DNA of 64,000 nt from the sequence record PZ179880.1. One strand, written 5' to 3'. Positions 38,428-48,752 of the stretch are shown piece by piece. This stretch comes from a phage. The notes below the pieces were generated by a model that saw only the letters and a program-made list of their open reading frames with translations, did not search any database and was not told the DNA's origin. The position numbers and the translations under genes were made by a program. Positions within the stretch are counted from its first letter, which is position 1. The number at the start of each line of letters is the position of its first letter.

Positions 38428-39387
38428 TCACTTCCACTGCATTTCACATGCCAATTGAATGAAAAGATATGCTAAATGTAATTCAGTATTAGCCGCAATT
38501 CCATGATACTGGTTATTTTCACCAACAATTTCATACATACGAATAATACTTTGCGGAGTTACGCGTGTATAGATTTCTTCGGCAAGTTTACCTACGAACC
38601 ACGAATAATCAGCTGCATATTTTGGTGCTAAAGCTCTGAGCTGTTTAACATCTTTATTTTTGAGAGACTCAAGAACATCATCAATAGCACCACGATCGTT
38701 AGTAACCAGTGATAAAATACCAGCATCCAAAACACCTTTAGATGAATAACTATCGAGCTCACCAATAGTTTTACGAAAATCAGGAAAATTCTTTTTAACC
38801 AAAGCTGCTACAACTTTCATATCAGCTATAGCAATTCCTTCATGCTTACAGATTTCAGTCAATCGACGAATCATCTGCTTCATCATTTCAATTTTATCTT
38901 CATCGGTCGGTTGACCGAACGTAATAACTCGGCAGCGTGACTGAAGTGGTTTAATAATACCATCAATATTATTAGCAGTAATAATAATACTACAGTTTGA
39001 ACTATAAGCTTCCATAAAGGAACGAAGATGTCGCTGAGACTCTGCTAATCCTGAGCGGTCAAATTCATCAATAACGATTACTTTTTGACGACCATCAAAT
39101 GAAGCGGCGCTGGCAAAATTAGTCAAAGGACCGCGAACGAAATCAATTTTACAATCTGATCCATTCACAAACATCATATCAGCATTTACATCATGACACA
39201 ATGCTTTTGCTACAGTTGTTTTACCTGTTCCTGGAGAAGGAGAATGAAGAATAATATGTGGAATCTTACCTTTACTTGTAATAGATTTAAAGGTTTCTTT
39301 ATCAAAGGCGGGAAGAATACATTCATCGATAGTAGATGGACGATATTTCTGTTCAAGAATGTGTTCTTTTTCATTTACGGTAATCAT
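38428..39387 (-). CDS. 44: Clamp-loader subunit gp44 (AAA+)
   Basis: 319 aa from [17 protein letters not shown]...; Walker A GTGKTT. Confidence 0.9.
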   Translation of the reverse strand: MITVNEKEHILEQKYRPSTIDECILPAFDKETFKSITSKGKIPHIILHSPSPGTGKTTVAKALCHDVNADMMFVNGSDCKIDFVRGPLTNFASAASFDGRQKVIVIDEFDRSGLAESQRHLRSFMEAYSSNCSIIITANNIDGIIKPLQSRCRVITFGQPTDEDKIEMMKQMIRRLTEICKHEGIAIADMKVVAALVKKNFPDFRKTIGELDSYSSKGVLDAGILSLVTNDRGAIDDVLESLKNKDVKQLRALAPKYAADYSWFVGKLAEEIYTRVTPQSIIRMYEIVGENNQYHGIAANTELHLAYLFIQLACEMQWK

Positions 39388-39422
39388 AATTTCCTCATTC
39401 AAGTTTTAGTGTAAATTATAAA

Positions 39423-39434
39423 GGGCCGAAGCCC
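39423..39434 (-). terminator. Intercistronic UUCG-tetraloop stem-loop between 45 and 44
   Basis: plus gggccgaagccc. Confidence 0.5.
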
Positions 39435-39438
39435 TTTA

Positions 39439-40125
39439 TTAAAAATCGTGGGTAGAATCAGCTTCAAGAGCTACCACATAATTCGCGTGTTCACCTTCAA
39501 ATTTAGCAGCACCTTGTTTACCTTTTGCCCAGAGCAGAAGTTTATAATTTCCTGGTTGCATTTTCATATTTGCCATATTGATAATGAAATTAAATGTATT
39601 TTCACCATCATAATCACCAAGAGTCAAAGAATATTTAACACGGGTCAAAGCAGAATCTTCTACTTTATTAAAACCGTTAATTACGATTTTACCTTCTTTT
39701 ACTGTGATAGCAATTGTATCAATCTGCAGACCGCGAGATACACGCAACAGCTGTTGAAGGTCTTCAGCTTTAATTTCAGTAACAACAGATGCTACCGGGA
39801 ATGGAATTGGTTTATTAGGAGCAACTACTGTACTCGGATCGGCTGCTGGCCAAAAAATTGTTGAGCGGGCATCAGCAATTTTAATATTTCCATCTTCTGA
39901 CTGGGAAATTTCTGCATCATCATTAACTAGAGACAGAATACCGAGAAAACCGTTCAAATCGTAAATCGCTACATCAAAATCAATAGTGTCAGAAATATTT
40001 GCTTCTGCATAAGTTGTACCATTAACTGCGCGAGTCATAATAAATTGACCAGATTTAAGCATAATACCGGAGTTAATAGTAGCGAAATTTTTAAGCAGAG
40101 CAGTAGTATCTTTAGACAGTTTCAT
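39439..40125 (-). CDS. 45: Sliding clamp gp45
   Basis: 228 aa MKLSKDTTALLKNFATINSGIMLKSGQFIM... matches T4 gp45 (memory). Confidence 0.95.
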   Translation of the reverse strand: MKLSKDTTALLKNFATINSGIMLKSGQFIMTRAVNGTTYAEANISDTIDFDVAIYDLNGFLGILSLVNDDAEISQSEDGNIKIADARSTIFWPAADPSTVVAPNKPIPFPVASVVTEIKAEDLQQLLRVSRGLQIDTIAITVKEGKIVINGFNKVEDSALTRVKYSLTLGDYDGENTFNFIINMANMKMQPGNYKLLLWAKGKQGAAKFEGEHANYVVALEADSTHDF

Positions 40126-40180
40126 GTAATTTCCTTCAATTCAAATGAGATTTAATTTTATAACTAATTTAATAAAGCAA

Positions 40181-40570
40181 TTAACGATTAAAATCAGCAG
40201 CAATTGTTTCCGCAACAATTTGAGCAGCAACAATTAGACGTTCATCTGCATTGCCGCAATATTCATCTTCAAGGCGTTCACCACATGAAGTCATAATAAA
40301 TTTAGCACCGGCGTTTAGAGATTCTGTAGTATGTTTGCGCATTAGTTCAATCCATTTATTACTTACTTCACGATCGATAGCTTCATAATACGCATGACGA
40401 GCAGGTGCAGATTTAATTTTGCTCTGAATAACTTCCATTGCGTTATTAGAAAGAGACAAAACCCATGCTCGACGAATTTTATTTTGGTTTTGTGGATTTG
40501 ATTCAGAACGCACGTGTTTTGGCTGAATATCTTTTACATCAACAGTATAATTCACAGTAATTTTAGTCAT
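40181..40570 (-). CDS. rpbA: RNA polymerase-binding protein RpbA
   Basis: 129 aa; assigned by position upstream of 45 and length. Confidence 0.65.
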   Translation of the reverse strand: MTKITVNYTVDVKDIQPKHVRSESNPQNQNKIRRAWVLSLSNNAMEVIQSKIKSAPARHAYYEAIDREVSNKWIELMRKHTTESLNAGAKFIMTSCGERLEDEYCGNADERLIVAAQIVAETIAADFNR

Positions 40571-40579
40571 AATACACCT

Positions 40580-40768
40580 TTAGTCATAATAATCAGTAAC
40601 AGTCCAAGCTTCATTTCTGTTGGACATTATTTTCGTATATTCTGATTTAAATGCATTCTTAAGCATAGATTCAGTAACTATATGCTCTTCATTAGAAAAA
40701 TTATTTCTCAGAATATATCGTTTTATTTCAGGAATAGTTAATAGATGCTGTCCAGTTGAATATTCCAT
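40580..40768 (-). CDS. Hypothetical protein (62 aa)
   Basis: Minus-strand ORF between 46 and rpbA. Confidence 0.45.
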   Translation of the reverse strand: MEYSTGQHLLTIPEIKRYILRNNFSNEEHIVTESMLKNAFKSEYTKIMSNRNEAWTVTDYYD

Positions 40769-40823
40769 GTTTTTCCTCCATAGAGATTATACTCTAATAA
40801 ATTAAAGCATAATCTCTTATAAA

Positions 40824-42506
40824 TTAAACCATTACAGTAAATCGACCAACTTTCTTCATTTGAAGATGCTGACCATATTCTTGCGGGTCATGGTCTTTAT
40901 GCGAAATTATAAAAACATTAGTGTTTTTCATTGAATTTATAATATTAGCTACACCTTTAATACCTTCGGCATCAAATGACCCATCAAACACTTCATCAAG
41001 AATTAATGTACTAATACTAACACCAGATACGATAGAAGCAATATCACGCCAAGTAAATAAAAGAGCAATATCAATTCGTGCCTTTTCACCTTCACTAAAT
41101 GAAGCATAACTAAAATCTTCACGACCACGGGATTTAATTGTCTCATTAAATTCTTCATCTAATGTAAACACATAATCCGCTTCCATTATTTTAAGATAAT
41201 GGTTAATCTGCTTATTAAATAATGGAATGTACTTTTTAATAATAGCACCTTTAATACCAGAATCTTTGAGCATATCAGTCAAAATTCCTCGGTGGTATTT
41301 TTCCATTACTAAATTAGTTTTTGTCTTAACAATTTTATCAAGTTCTTCTTGAAGCAATGCTATTTCATCAGCATGGTCAATAAACTCGGATGATGCTTTT
41401 TCTATAGCTGCTTTAACTTTTTTAGCTTTATCTACCGTCGTGATTAAGGATTGCTTTTTATTGCGAATATCATTTGCCAACGACTGCTGGGTTTTAATAT
41501 TATCTCGGTATTCATCAACAAGAACTTTTAAATTATCACGGTGTGTTGAAAGCTGTTCAAACGAATGCGTACATTCAGAAACTTTATCTTTAATTTTAGA
41601 AACAACTTTATCACCGGAACTTAATTGTGACAAACAGGTTGGACATAATCCACCTTCGTGATACATATTAATGACTTTATTATACGAGTCAATTTTTGAT
41701 TTAATTAAAACTGCTTCTTGACCGATTTTATTAAATGCATCAGTCGGGTCTTCATCTAAAACAATATTAACTAATCTTTCATTAGCTTCTTCTATTTCCG
41801 ATTTTAGCGTTCTAGCTTCTTTTGCCAAATCATCATACATATTTTGAAGACGAGTAAGGTTGTCACCCGTTAATTTTTTCTGGCGTTCAACGTTATCATT
41901 ATATATTTTAATTTGTTGGATAATACTATCTTTTTTAACGTCAAGCACTTGGTTTTGTGAATTTAATTCACGTATTAGTGCTTTATTAAGCTTATCCATT
42001 TCAGCTAATGTTCCTACCTCAAGCAGGTCTTCCACAAGCTTTCTTCGCGCAGGGGTCGACAAACCCATGAAAGGGGTATACCCTGCTGTACCAAGGACAA
42101 CAATCTGCTTGAAACTGGCATATGACATTCCGATAAGCTGTTCAAATTCTGCTTGGAAATCTTTACTGCTGGCAGATTCATTAAGACGTGTACCGTTAAC
42201 GGTGATTTCGAAAACGTTTGGTTTTTGTCCTCTTTTGATATAGTACTTTTTCTCATCATATTCCATCCACAGTTCAACTAAAAGTTCTTTCTTATTTGTG
42301 CTGTTTATTAATTGGCCTTTCTTTACATCACGAAATGGCTTGCCAAAAAGCCCAAATGTGATGGCTTCTAACATAGTAGACTTACCACCGCCATTTCGTC
42401 CAGTAATAAGAGTTTTTTGAACCTTATCTAATTGAATGTCAATAGGATTTCCACCTACTGACATTATATTTTGATATCTAACTCGGTTTAGTTTAAAATT
42501 CTTCAC
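40824..42506 (-). CDS. 46: Recombination nuclease subunit gp46 (Rad50/SbcC-like ATPase)
   Basis: 560 aa; Walker A GRNGGGKST, coiled-coil middle, signature SFSEGE; same length as T4 gp46. Confidence 0.95.
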   Translation of the reverse strand: MKNFKLNRVRYQNIMSVGGNPIDIQLDKVQKTLITGRNGGGKSTMLEAITFGLFGKPFRDVKKGQLINSTNKKELLVELWMEYDEKKYYIKRGQKPNVFEITVNGTRLNESASSKDFQAEFEQLIGMSYASFKQIVVLGTAGYTPFMGLSTPARRKLVEDLLEVGTLAEMDKLNKALIRELNSQNQVLDVKKDSIIQQIKIYNDNVERQKKLTGDNLTRLQNMYDDLAKEARTLKSEIEEANERLVNIVLDEDPTDAFNKIGQEAVLIKSKIDSYNKVINMYHEGGLCPTCLSQLSSGDKVVSKIKDKVSECTHSFEQLSTHRDNLKVLVDEYRDNIKTQQSLANDIRNKKQSLITTVDKAKKVKAAIEKASSEFIDHADEIALLQEELDKIVKTKTNLVMEKYHRGILTDMLKDSGIKGAIIKKYIPLFNKQINHYLKIMEADYVFTLDEEFNETIKSRGREDFSYASFSEGEKARIDIALLFTWRDIASIVSGVSISTLILDEVFDGSFDAEGIKGVANIINSMKNTNVFIISHKDHDPQEYGQHLQMKKVGRFTVMV

Positions 42507-42718
42507 AAAAGATTCCTTTTAATGTATCTTTTAGACCATTCTATCATATCATCATAATCTAAAAAGTATTCATCAAATTCAGCCATGCAAACAACGCCTT
42601 GTGCTGTTTTTGATGTAATATAAATTATTCCAACATATCTAGAATCTTCTTCGGTATAATCAATGTTTGCTATGAATTCATCATTAATGTCAAATGTCGA
42701 AAACTTCACAGTATGCAT
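42503..42718 (-). CDS. Hypothetical protein (71 aa)
   Basis: Track ORF trimmed to internal ATG; between 47 and 46. Confidence 0.4.
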   Translation of the reverse strand: MHTVKFSTFDINDEFIANIDYTEEDSRYVGIIYITSKTAQGVVCMAEFDEYFLDYDDMIEWSKRYIKRNLL

Positions 42719-42953
42719 CCTTAATACAAGATACGGCCATATCTCGCAATGATTTAGGTGTGTCATTATCTAAAATGTTGAAGTTAAAAGATACAGCCCA
42801 GTCAGTGCAGACCGTGACCTTTTTAATACAATTATCTTCAACCTCTAGCGGTTCAAACCAATATTCAATAATTTCTTTATGCCCAATATCATCTTTTACT
42901 TCGCATTCAAAATGCTGACTCATCATAACATTTTTAAATTCATCAAAAGTCAT
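42690..42953 (-). CDS. Hypothetical protein (87 aa)
   Basis: Minus-strand ORF, start overlaps gene 47 stop. Confidence 0.45.
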   Translation of the reverse strand: MTFDEFKNVMMSQHFECEVKDDIGHKEIIEYWFEPLEVEDNCIKKVTVCTDWAVSFNFNILDNDTPKSLRDMAVSCIKDAYCEVFDI

Positions 42954-43969
42954 TGTGTTGCCTCTACATATAACTGATTTGCATATTGAATAAGTGCTTC
43001 ACGGTCAGAATCAGTGATGTCTGGAATTGCATTAATGTATTCTTCCATCAACGTCTGAAGAGATTGAACTTCAACTTCTTCACTGTCATCTGACTCGACA
43101 GAGTTATCAATCTTTGACACAACTCGTAATGAATGCACAACTTTTTCTAGTTCAGATTCGAACTTCGTTAGATTTTTGTCTACTTCAGTTACTATAACAC
43201 GTACTGATAGATTTGTAAAATCTTTATAGTCAATTTTTCCTTTAAATGGATAATGAATTCTACGATGCCAGGTAGTGTTGTTTGGAATAAATTCCATTCG
43301 TTCTGTTTCTGTATCAAACATCCAGAACCCACGAGGGTCATTCTCGTCACCTGCAGTTAGTGTCCATGGTGTCCCAATATATCTGACGTTAGCAGCCTCA
43401 GAGATAGTATGGAAGTGACCAGACCACACCTCTTTATAAGTCTTAAGGAAATCAGGTTCAAGACCGTGAGATTTCATTCCTTTATAAAAATAAAATCCAT
43501 TCAGTTCCCAGTGACCGACGCAAAAAGAAGCAGATGAAGTTTTGATGTGCTCAAGAATTTCACCAGTATTTTCTTCACACATCCAAGGAATTAAATCAAT
43601 TAAACATCCGTCAAAATCTACTGTAGTAGGCTTATCATATACTTTAACATTAGGATATTTAGCCAAAAGCTCAGTAGAGGCATTTGGAGTTAAAGTATTT
43701 TTAAAGTGCATATCATGGTTTCCTACAACAGTATGTAGGGTAATACCAGCATCATCAAGCATTTGAACTATTTCACGAGCGAACTCCATAGTTTTATGCG
43801 TGATTGCTTTTCGCACATCAAAAATATCGCCGTATTGAATCCATGTAGTAATTCCATTTTTCTTAGAATATTCTATTGCTTGTTTAATTCCATCCAACTG
43901 AATGGATTGAACCCACTCATCATCGGCTTTAACGCCTAAATGCCAATCACCTAAATTTAAAATTTTCAT
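42950..43969 (-). CDS. 47: Recombination nuclease subunit gp47 (Mre11/SbcD-like phosphoesterase)
   Basis: 339 aa; metallophosphatase motifs DWHLG, GDIFD, GNHD; same length as T4 gp47. Confidence 0.95.
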   Translation of the reverse strand: MKILNLGDWHLGVKADDEWVQSIQLDGIKQAIEYSKKNGITTWIQYGDIFDVRKAITHKTMEFAREIVQMLDDAGITLHTVVGNHDMHFKNTLTPNASTELLAKYPNVKVYDKPTTVDFDGCLIDLIPWMCEENTGEILEHIKTSSASFCVGHWELNGFYFYKGMKSHGLEPDFLKTYKEVWSGHFHTISEAANVRYIGTPWTLTAGDENDPRGFWMFDTETERMEFIPNNTTWHRRIHYPFKGKIDYKDFTNLSVRVIVTEVDKNLTKFESELEKVVHSLRVVSKIDNSVESDDSEEVEVQSLQTLMEEYINAIPDITDSDREALIQYANQLYVEATQ

Positions 43970-44106
43970 ATATCAAGAACCGTCATTGAAATGCAAAATA
44001 AAATTATTGAAATAAACCCATCTGGCGTGCTAAAGAAACCAATCCAGCATGCTCTAGTGAATAGATAAAATGCAAGAAAAAGTATCACATATCCAAGAAA
44101 TATCAT
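43966..44106 (-). CDS. Small hydrophobic membrane protein (46 aa), ATGA-coupled to gene 47 start
   Basis: Hand-translated MIFLGYVILFLAFYLFTRACWIGFF...; GGAG SD. Confidence 0.35.
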   Translation of the reverse strand: MIFLGYVILFLAFYLFTRACWIGFFSTPDGFISIILFCISMTVLDI

Positions 44107-44132
44107 TATATCAAACTCCGTATAAAGCTAAA

Positions 44133-44144
44133 GGGCCGAAGCCC
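44133..44144 (-). terminator. Intercistronic UUCG-tetraloop stem-loop after alpha-gt
   Basis: plus gggccgaagccc, 2 nt past alpha-gt stop. Confidence 0.5.
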
Positions 44145-44145
44145 T

Positions 44146-45348
44146 TTATTTTGTAATAATGTCAAACTGTTCTTTAAAGCAGAAGCTTGAATCTTGATGC
44201 TGATACAAAAATTCATATGCTTTTTCTCGCTCACGGTCATAAAGAGCTCGGTCAGATGACAGTTCTTTAATACGTTCAAACGTTGATTCCATATCATTTT
44301 CATCAAACCAAATGATACCGCTATCATGCGAGGTCAAAGGAGTATTATCAACACGGAATTTTAAATTTTCGCCAGTAGATTTCCAAAATACCGGAATTGT
44401 TCCACATGCACCAAGCTCGAGATGAGTATATTCTAAAGAACGTTGTAGATATTTTTTGTCCAACTTACTCAGCTGATAACCAAATCCGGATTTACTCATG
44501 CGTTCAAGCATTTCGCTATTTACATAACGGTCAAGAATTTGCGTTGGCAAATTAGGAGCAATTTTAATTTGGTCTACTTGATGAAGACGATAATACTCGT
44601 ATGGAATTCCTTTTTCTTTAATAGGAATGAACGCTGGAGAACGTTCCAGACCTTCCATAATAGTACTTAGTCCTGCAGGTTTAAGATGTTTTTCATGAAA
44701 ATCAAACATCTGATAAAAACCTTTCCATGTAGTCGTACGACCAATCCAACGGTTGATATTCATGTTAATTTCAGAAACATCTTTCCAGTAGGTTGATCTA
44801 ACCTTCGCAATATCCATAGGAGGCTGAAAGTTATATACTGTCGGCGCTTCTTCAATATCATCAAACAAAGAAACTGTTTCAGGATACCATTCTTTCATCA
44901 GAACTTTATTAAAATCGCCATTATCAGAATGACTAAAAATAACATCAGCTCGACGAACAGTTTCTTCTAATCCCAAATTTCGGCGCAAAGAAAGAGAAGA
45001 ATGGTCATGTTGATAAACTACAACACGAACCGAAGGTTTAATGTTATCAATAATTTTTTTATAGTTATTAATAGTGTCTTCTTCAACTGAAGTAGCAGGA
45101 ACTGAATTGATAATTAGAATATCACAATCATTTACCAGCTTAAGTGTTTTATCGTATTCTTTTGCCAATAAAACCGGAATTGAAAATGATTTATAATCAT
45201 GCGCACAATTACGAGTAAATGATTTATCTTTAGCATAAACCAAAGTTACTTCATGACCATTTTTAATAAACCAATCACGCTGCTCAAGAGAAAATTTAGT
45301 TACACCGCAACCTTCAAGACCTCGAGCCATAAAAATACATACTTTCAT
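44146..45348 (-). CDS. a-gt: DNA alpha-glucosyltransferase
   Basis: 400 aa; MKVCIFMARGLEGCGVTKFSLEQRDWFIKNGHEV... near-identical to T4 alpha-gt (memory). Confidence 0.95.
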   Translation of the reverse strand: MKVCIFMARGLEGCGVTKFSLEQRDWFIKNGHEVTLVYAKDKSFTRNCAHDYKSFSIPVLLAKEYDKTLKLVNDCDILIINSVPATSVEEDTINNYKKIIDNIKPSVRVVVYQHDHSSLSLRRNLGLEETVRRADVIFSHSDNGDFNKVLMKEWYPETVSLFDDIEEAPTVYNFQPPMDIAKVRSTYWKDVSEINMNINRWIGRTTTWKGFYQMFDFHEKHLKPAGLSTIMEGLERSPAFIPIKEKGIPYEYYRLHQVDQIKIAPNLPTQILDRYVNSEMLERMSKSGFGYQLSKLDKKYLQRSLEYTHLELGACGTIPVFWKSTGENLKFRVDNTPLTSHDSGIIWFDENDMESTFERIKELSSDRALYDREREKAYEFLYQHQDSSFCFKEQFDIITK

Positions 45349-45401
45349 TTAATATCCTCTTTGTTTTGGTTTATTTTACCAAAAATTTATAAAGCAATAT
45401 A

Positions 45402-45415
45402 GGAGCCGAAGCTCC
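45402..45415 (-). terminator. Intercistronic stem-loop upstream of alpha-gt
   Basis: plus ggagc-cgaa-gctcc. Confidence 0.45.
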
Positions 45416-45588
45416 TATCCACATAATACGCCATACAGAGGCTCGTTAGAACTTTTAAATTTTATGCGCTTATATTTTATAGTTCCTTCTGCTTTAGCTT
45501 TATCATGAGACTCTTTAAAGCGTCTCATCATTTCCTCTTTAGAGGAACGAATTTTATTATAATCTATTTCAGAAGTCTGGGTGTTCAT
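45415..45588 (-). CDS. Hypothetical small protein (57 aa)
   Basis: Hand-translated MNTQTSEIDYNKIRSSKEEMMRRFKESHDK... Confidence 0.3.
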   Translation of the reverse strand: MNTQTSEIDYNKIRSSKEEMMRRFKESHDKAKAEGTIKYKRIKFKSSNEPLYGVLCG

Positions 45589-45591
45589 CTT

Positions 45592-45798
45592 TCATAGTTT
45601 CCACCATTTTTTGACTTGATAGGAATCAACCCACACTTTCATATTAGGGTCTGCTCTTACAATAGGAGGATTAACTTCTTTAATTGAACTATCATGGTAT
45701 TCTTTTTCAGAAATTTTCACACAAAGATGACCATTTAAAGATTCAGTAAATCCTGCATTAATTTTAAGACGCTTGAATTTTACGTGTGTAAGCATCAA
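45592..45798 (-). CDS. Hypothetical protein (68 aa)
   Basis: Minus-strand ORF downstream of gene 55. Confidence 0.4.
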   Translation of the reverse strand: MMLTHVKFKRLKINAGFTESLNGHLCVKISEKEYHDSSIKEVNPPIVRADPNMKVWVDSYQVKKWWKL

Positions 45799-46081
45799 TC
45801 ATATCCTCAATCTGCGATCTAGTAGTCTTCCAAAGAATACTGATGAGTTCATCGTTATATGGCTGTTTCAGAATATCCCGACTTTTCTTGATAGCATATT
45901 CGTATTGAGCAAAATTATTGTTTTCAGCTGCGATCTGAGCGTGCTTATAAAGACGATTCAGTTCGCGTTTGTTTTTAGACAATAACTTATTTGCTTTTCT
46001 TTCTGCTTCAAGACGGTTCTTTTCTTCAATAGAAGAAATAAGCTTTTCCACTTCATCATTAATTTCGGGTTTATCAGTCAT
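45764..46081 (-). CDS. Hypothetical protein (105 aa)
   Basis: Minus-strand ORF downstream of gene 55. Confidence 0.5.
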   Translation of the reverse strand: MTDKPEINDEVEKLISSIEEKNRLEAERKANKLLSKNKRELNRLYKHAQIAAENNNFAQYEYAIKKSRDILKQPYNDELISILWKTTRSQIEDMIDAYTRKIQAS

Positions 46082-46082
46082 A

Positions 46083-46301
46083 TTATTTCTCTAATATAAA
46101 ATAAAAATCATCATCTGTTAAATGATACCGATAGTTTAATTCTACACCATTAGATTTAAAAGCGGTATCATACGGATTTTCTGGATCAATATCAATGTCA
46201 AGAGCTAAAACTTCCCTGAGATACATTTTAAGTAAATAGGGAATAGCTTCAACTTCAGGTATTTCTTCTAAGAATCCGGAGAGGTTAATCGTTAGCCTCA
46301 T
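46083..46301 (-). CDS. Hypothetical protein (72 aa)
   Basis: Minus-strand ORF, overlaps gene 55 3' end. Confidence 0.45.
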
Positions 46302-46842
46302 ATAAAAAATCCAAACTAGGAGAATCGTCTACAACACTTTTCTTTTCAGCCCCCGGTGTTCTATAGGTTGATTCTTCGTAATGCGTCATTTTATCGTAGA
46401 TGTCTTGAATAAAAGTTTCATCTACTAACGCAACCATATCGTCGTCACGACTGTCATAGACATTGTGAACGAAGTAACTGTATTTCTTTGCAACTTCCTT
46501 ACGTTCTTTTTTAATACGTTGGACGAATGCATTAAAACAAGCTTGAGTTATATATGCATGTGGGTTTTTATATTTCGTTTCATCAAAATTATGAAGCCCC
46601 TTAATAGAAGCTTCTATACCATCTGCAATCATTTCTTGTTTCCAGGATTGGGTGTATCCTGAAAAGTTGAAACGTTTAGATAAGCCTTCTGCAATAAGCA
46701 TAATGGCTAATCCGATGGTATCATTCTGACGAACTACTTTATTTGGGTCTTTATTATTTGCTAATTCTGTTTTCCAATCAATAATAGCTTGTAAAAGCTC
46801 TTTATTGTTTACGTAATTATATTTAGGCTTAGTTTCTGACAT
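46285..46842 (-). CDS. 55: Late sigma factor gp55
   Basis: 185 aa from [32 protein letters not shown]...; matches T4 gp55 (memory). Confidence 0.9.
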
Positions 46843-46920
46843 TTTCACCTCTTAGCTCAATTCATAGATCTATTATATCATAATATTTGAAGATCTATCT
46901 TAAAGCATAGAGGATATCAG

Positions 46921-47190
46921 TTATCTAAGTAAACAGTATGCTTGGAACACTTTCTCCATCATCTTTTTAAATTCATGAATATCTATGTAATGACTAGTTA
47001 AATCAGCATGATATAAAAAGTCTAAAAACTTTTCATGTGTGCTAACATATTCGCTTTCATTTAATTCAGAAACATGGCTTTCCCAATATCCAACACCAGT
47101 CTTATTTGGGAAAAATGAAATTTTCATGTATTGGTCAACATAGAAAATTCCATAATTTTCAATAGTAATAGAAATATTAATAAATTTCAT
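46921..47190 (-). CDS. Hypothetical protein (89 aa)
   Basis: Minus-strand ORF. Confidence 0.45.
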   Translation of the reverse strand: MKFINISITIENYGIFYVDQYMKISFFPNKTGVGYWESHVSELNESEYVSTHEKFLDFLYHADLTSHYIDIHEFKKMMEKVFQAYCLLR

Positions 47191-47402
47191 ACATTCATCA
47201 ACTTAGCCGCTTCGAGAGCTGCATCTAATGAATCAAATTGATCGACATATTCAATTAATTCGCCATAATTAGCATATAACCACCATTGGCTAAATTCATA
47301 CTCAAGGATGAATCCGTTTCCTTCAATTTGAGTTAAACCAATGCCATTTGTATTTACTTCATATCCGGCAAGACGTAAATCGTTAATAAGAGCTTCGTTC
47401 AT
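47187..47402 (-). CDS. Hypothetical protein (71 aa)
   Basis: Minus-strand ORF. Confidence 0.45.
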   Translation of the reverse strand: MNEALINDLRLAGYEVNTNGIGLTQIEGNGFILEYEFSQWWLYANYGELIEYVDQFDSLDAALEAAKLMNV

Positions 47403-47404
47403 AA

Positions 47405-47731
47405 TTATACCTTAGTAATTTTCAGGTCTGCAAATTTTTTCTTACGTTGATTTTTCATGCGACGAATAGTTTTATCGGAAATTTCATGCTTTTGATAAGC
47501 TTTAGATTCTACACCAAAAGCTTTAACATCAAATTCTGACAAGATATATTGAACCAACAATTCACGGACAGTATTGCGTCCAATCTTCTGATCATTCTGT
47601 TTCATCGTCTGATGAAGCTCTTTTTCCCATTTATCCAAAATTTGAGGAGTTACAATATCGCCTTTTTCTAGCAAAGAAACTACTTTATCATATGCGTAAG
47701 AATTGATGGCGTTTTTAATTTGAATAGTCAT
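47405..47731 (-). CDS. Hypothetical protein (108 aa), basic C-terminus
   Basis: Minus-strand ORF; C-terminal RRMKNQRKKKFADLK. Confidence 0.5.
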   Translation of the reverse strand: MTIQIKNAINSYAYDKVVSLLEKGDIVTPQILDKWEKELHQTMKQNDQKIGRNTVRELLVQYILSEFDVKAFGVESKAYQKHEISDKTIRRMKNQRKKKFADLKITKV

Positions 47732-47771
47732 ACATTATCCTCAATTACGTTAAAATTTTATTATCCAAAAA

Positions 47772-47783
47772 GGGCCGAAGCCC
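47772..47783 (-). terminator. Intercistronic UUCG-tetraloop stem-loop followed by U-run
   Basis: plus gggccgaagccc preceded by ccaaaaa. Confidence 0.55.
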
Positions 47784-47984
47784 TTAGCTAAACTTTTTGG
47801 CACCCTTCCAGCCTTCGTACATCATTGCGACTGACAATGACAAAGCTCCTTCACATGCTGCATACTTATTATTCCAGAACCAATTTAGAAAAACTTCATC
47901 CTCAATACCATTGTGTTTCATGTTCTGGAAAAATTTGGCGCGTTCTTCAGCAATTCGCTGCGATAATTTAGATTCAGGATTCAT
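47784..47984 (-). CDS. Hypothetical protein (66 aa)
   Basis: Minus-strand ORF. Confidence 0.4.
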   Translation of the reverse strand: MNPESKLSQRIAEERAKFFQNMKHNGIEDEVFLNWFWNNKYAACEGALSLSVAMMYEGWKGAKKFS

Positions 47985-48125
47985 TTAAATTTCCCAATTA
48001 CCATTTTCATCAATAAATTTAATCCAGTCATTTACTGACCATTTAGTTGTATCGCCTTTTGGAGTAGCATTTAAAGTATATAGCCCCCTTGCTTAAAAAG
48101 CATTCGTTTGATATTCATATTTTCC

Positions 48126-48464
48126 TCAGCTGTAACGATAGCACTCGTTTGATTTACGTTTAGCAACTCGTTGAGAAATATTATAATCAAAATCATCGTC
48201 AATGTAAACTGATTTTTTCAACTTTCTTACTTCACCACGTAATTGACGATTCAATTCATTCTTAACCTCTGAATCAACACCTCGCATACGTCGCCATTTA
48301 TCTGAGCGAAAAATGTTTTCAACCATATCTTTATGACTTACACCATCAGGAGCTTTACGCTTTCCGAAATAGTCATAATCACGTACTTTTAAATCTTTAC
48401 GACGATACGTTTTACCCATGGAGTTTAATTTCCTTAGCAACTGAACTAAATACAGCACGGTCAC
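48126..48464 (-). CDS. Hypothetical basic protein (112 aa)
   Basis: Minus-strand ORF, Arg/Lys-rich. Confidence 0.45.
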   Translation of the reverse strand: MTVLYLVQLLRKLNSMGKTYRRKDLKVRDYDYFGKRKAPDGVSHKDMVENIFRSDKWRRMRGVDSEVKNELNRQLRGEVRKLKKSVYIDDDFDYNISQRVAKRKSNECYRYS

Positions 48465-48594
48465 AAATCATCTGTTTATGTAACTTAAGTATAAGATAAT
48501 AAACTTCAAAACCGTTTACGTAAGTAACACGAACAACATTACCATTAATAAAATAATATTGTCCCTTTTTAATTTCTTTATCAACCACAACCAT
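48412..48594 (-). CDS. Hypothetical protein (60 aa)
   Basis: Downstream of promoter at 48625-48653. Confidence 0.4.
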   Translation of the reverse strand: MVVVDKEIKKGQYYFINGNVVRVTYVNGFEVYYLILKLHKQMICDRAVFSSVAKEIKLHG

Positions 48595-48624
48595 ATCAAA
48601 TCCTCAAAGGCAATTCATATGTTA

Positions 48625-48653
48625 ATAATACCATAGTTTGAACTTCTTGTAAA
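48625..48653 (-). promoter_or_regulatory. T4-type early promoter (-35 TTTACA, -10 TATTAT, TGn, UP element)
   Basis: Minus-strand GTTTACA..N17..TGGTATTAT. Confidence 0.65.
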
Positions 48654-48735
48654 CAACTTTGTGAAAATTATTTTAGGGAATGATAAGAAGGGAACGATAG
48701 CTTAGAATGGTAATATACAGAATGTGAGAAAGAAA

Positions 48736-48749
48736 GGCCCAGAGGGCCC
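48736..48749 (-). terminator. Intercistronic GC stem-loop after nrdH (weaker)
   Basis: plus ggccc-aga-gggcc. Confidence 0.35.
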
Positions 48750-48752
48750 GTC

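Noticed and set aside
44106-44327. Minus-strand 73-aa ORF overlapping the alpha-gt 3' end
   Set aside because: Out-of-frame overlap with the alpha-gt C-terminus and the UUCG hairpin; alpha-gt is full length and matches T4.
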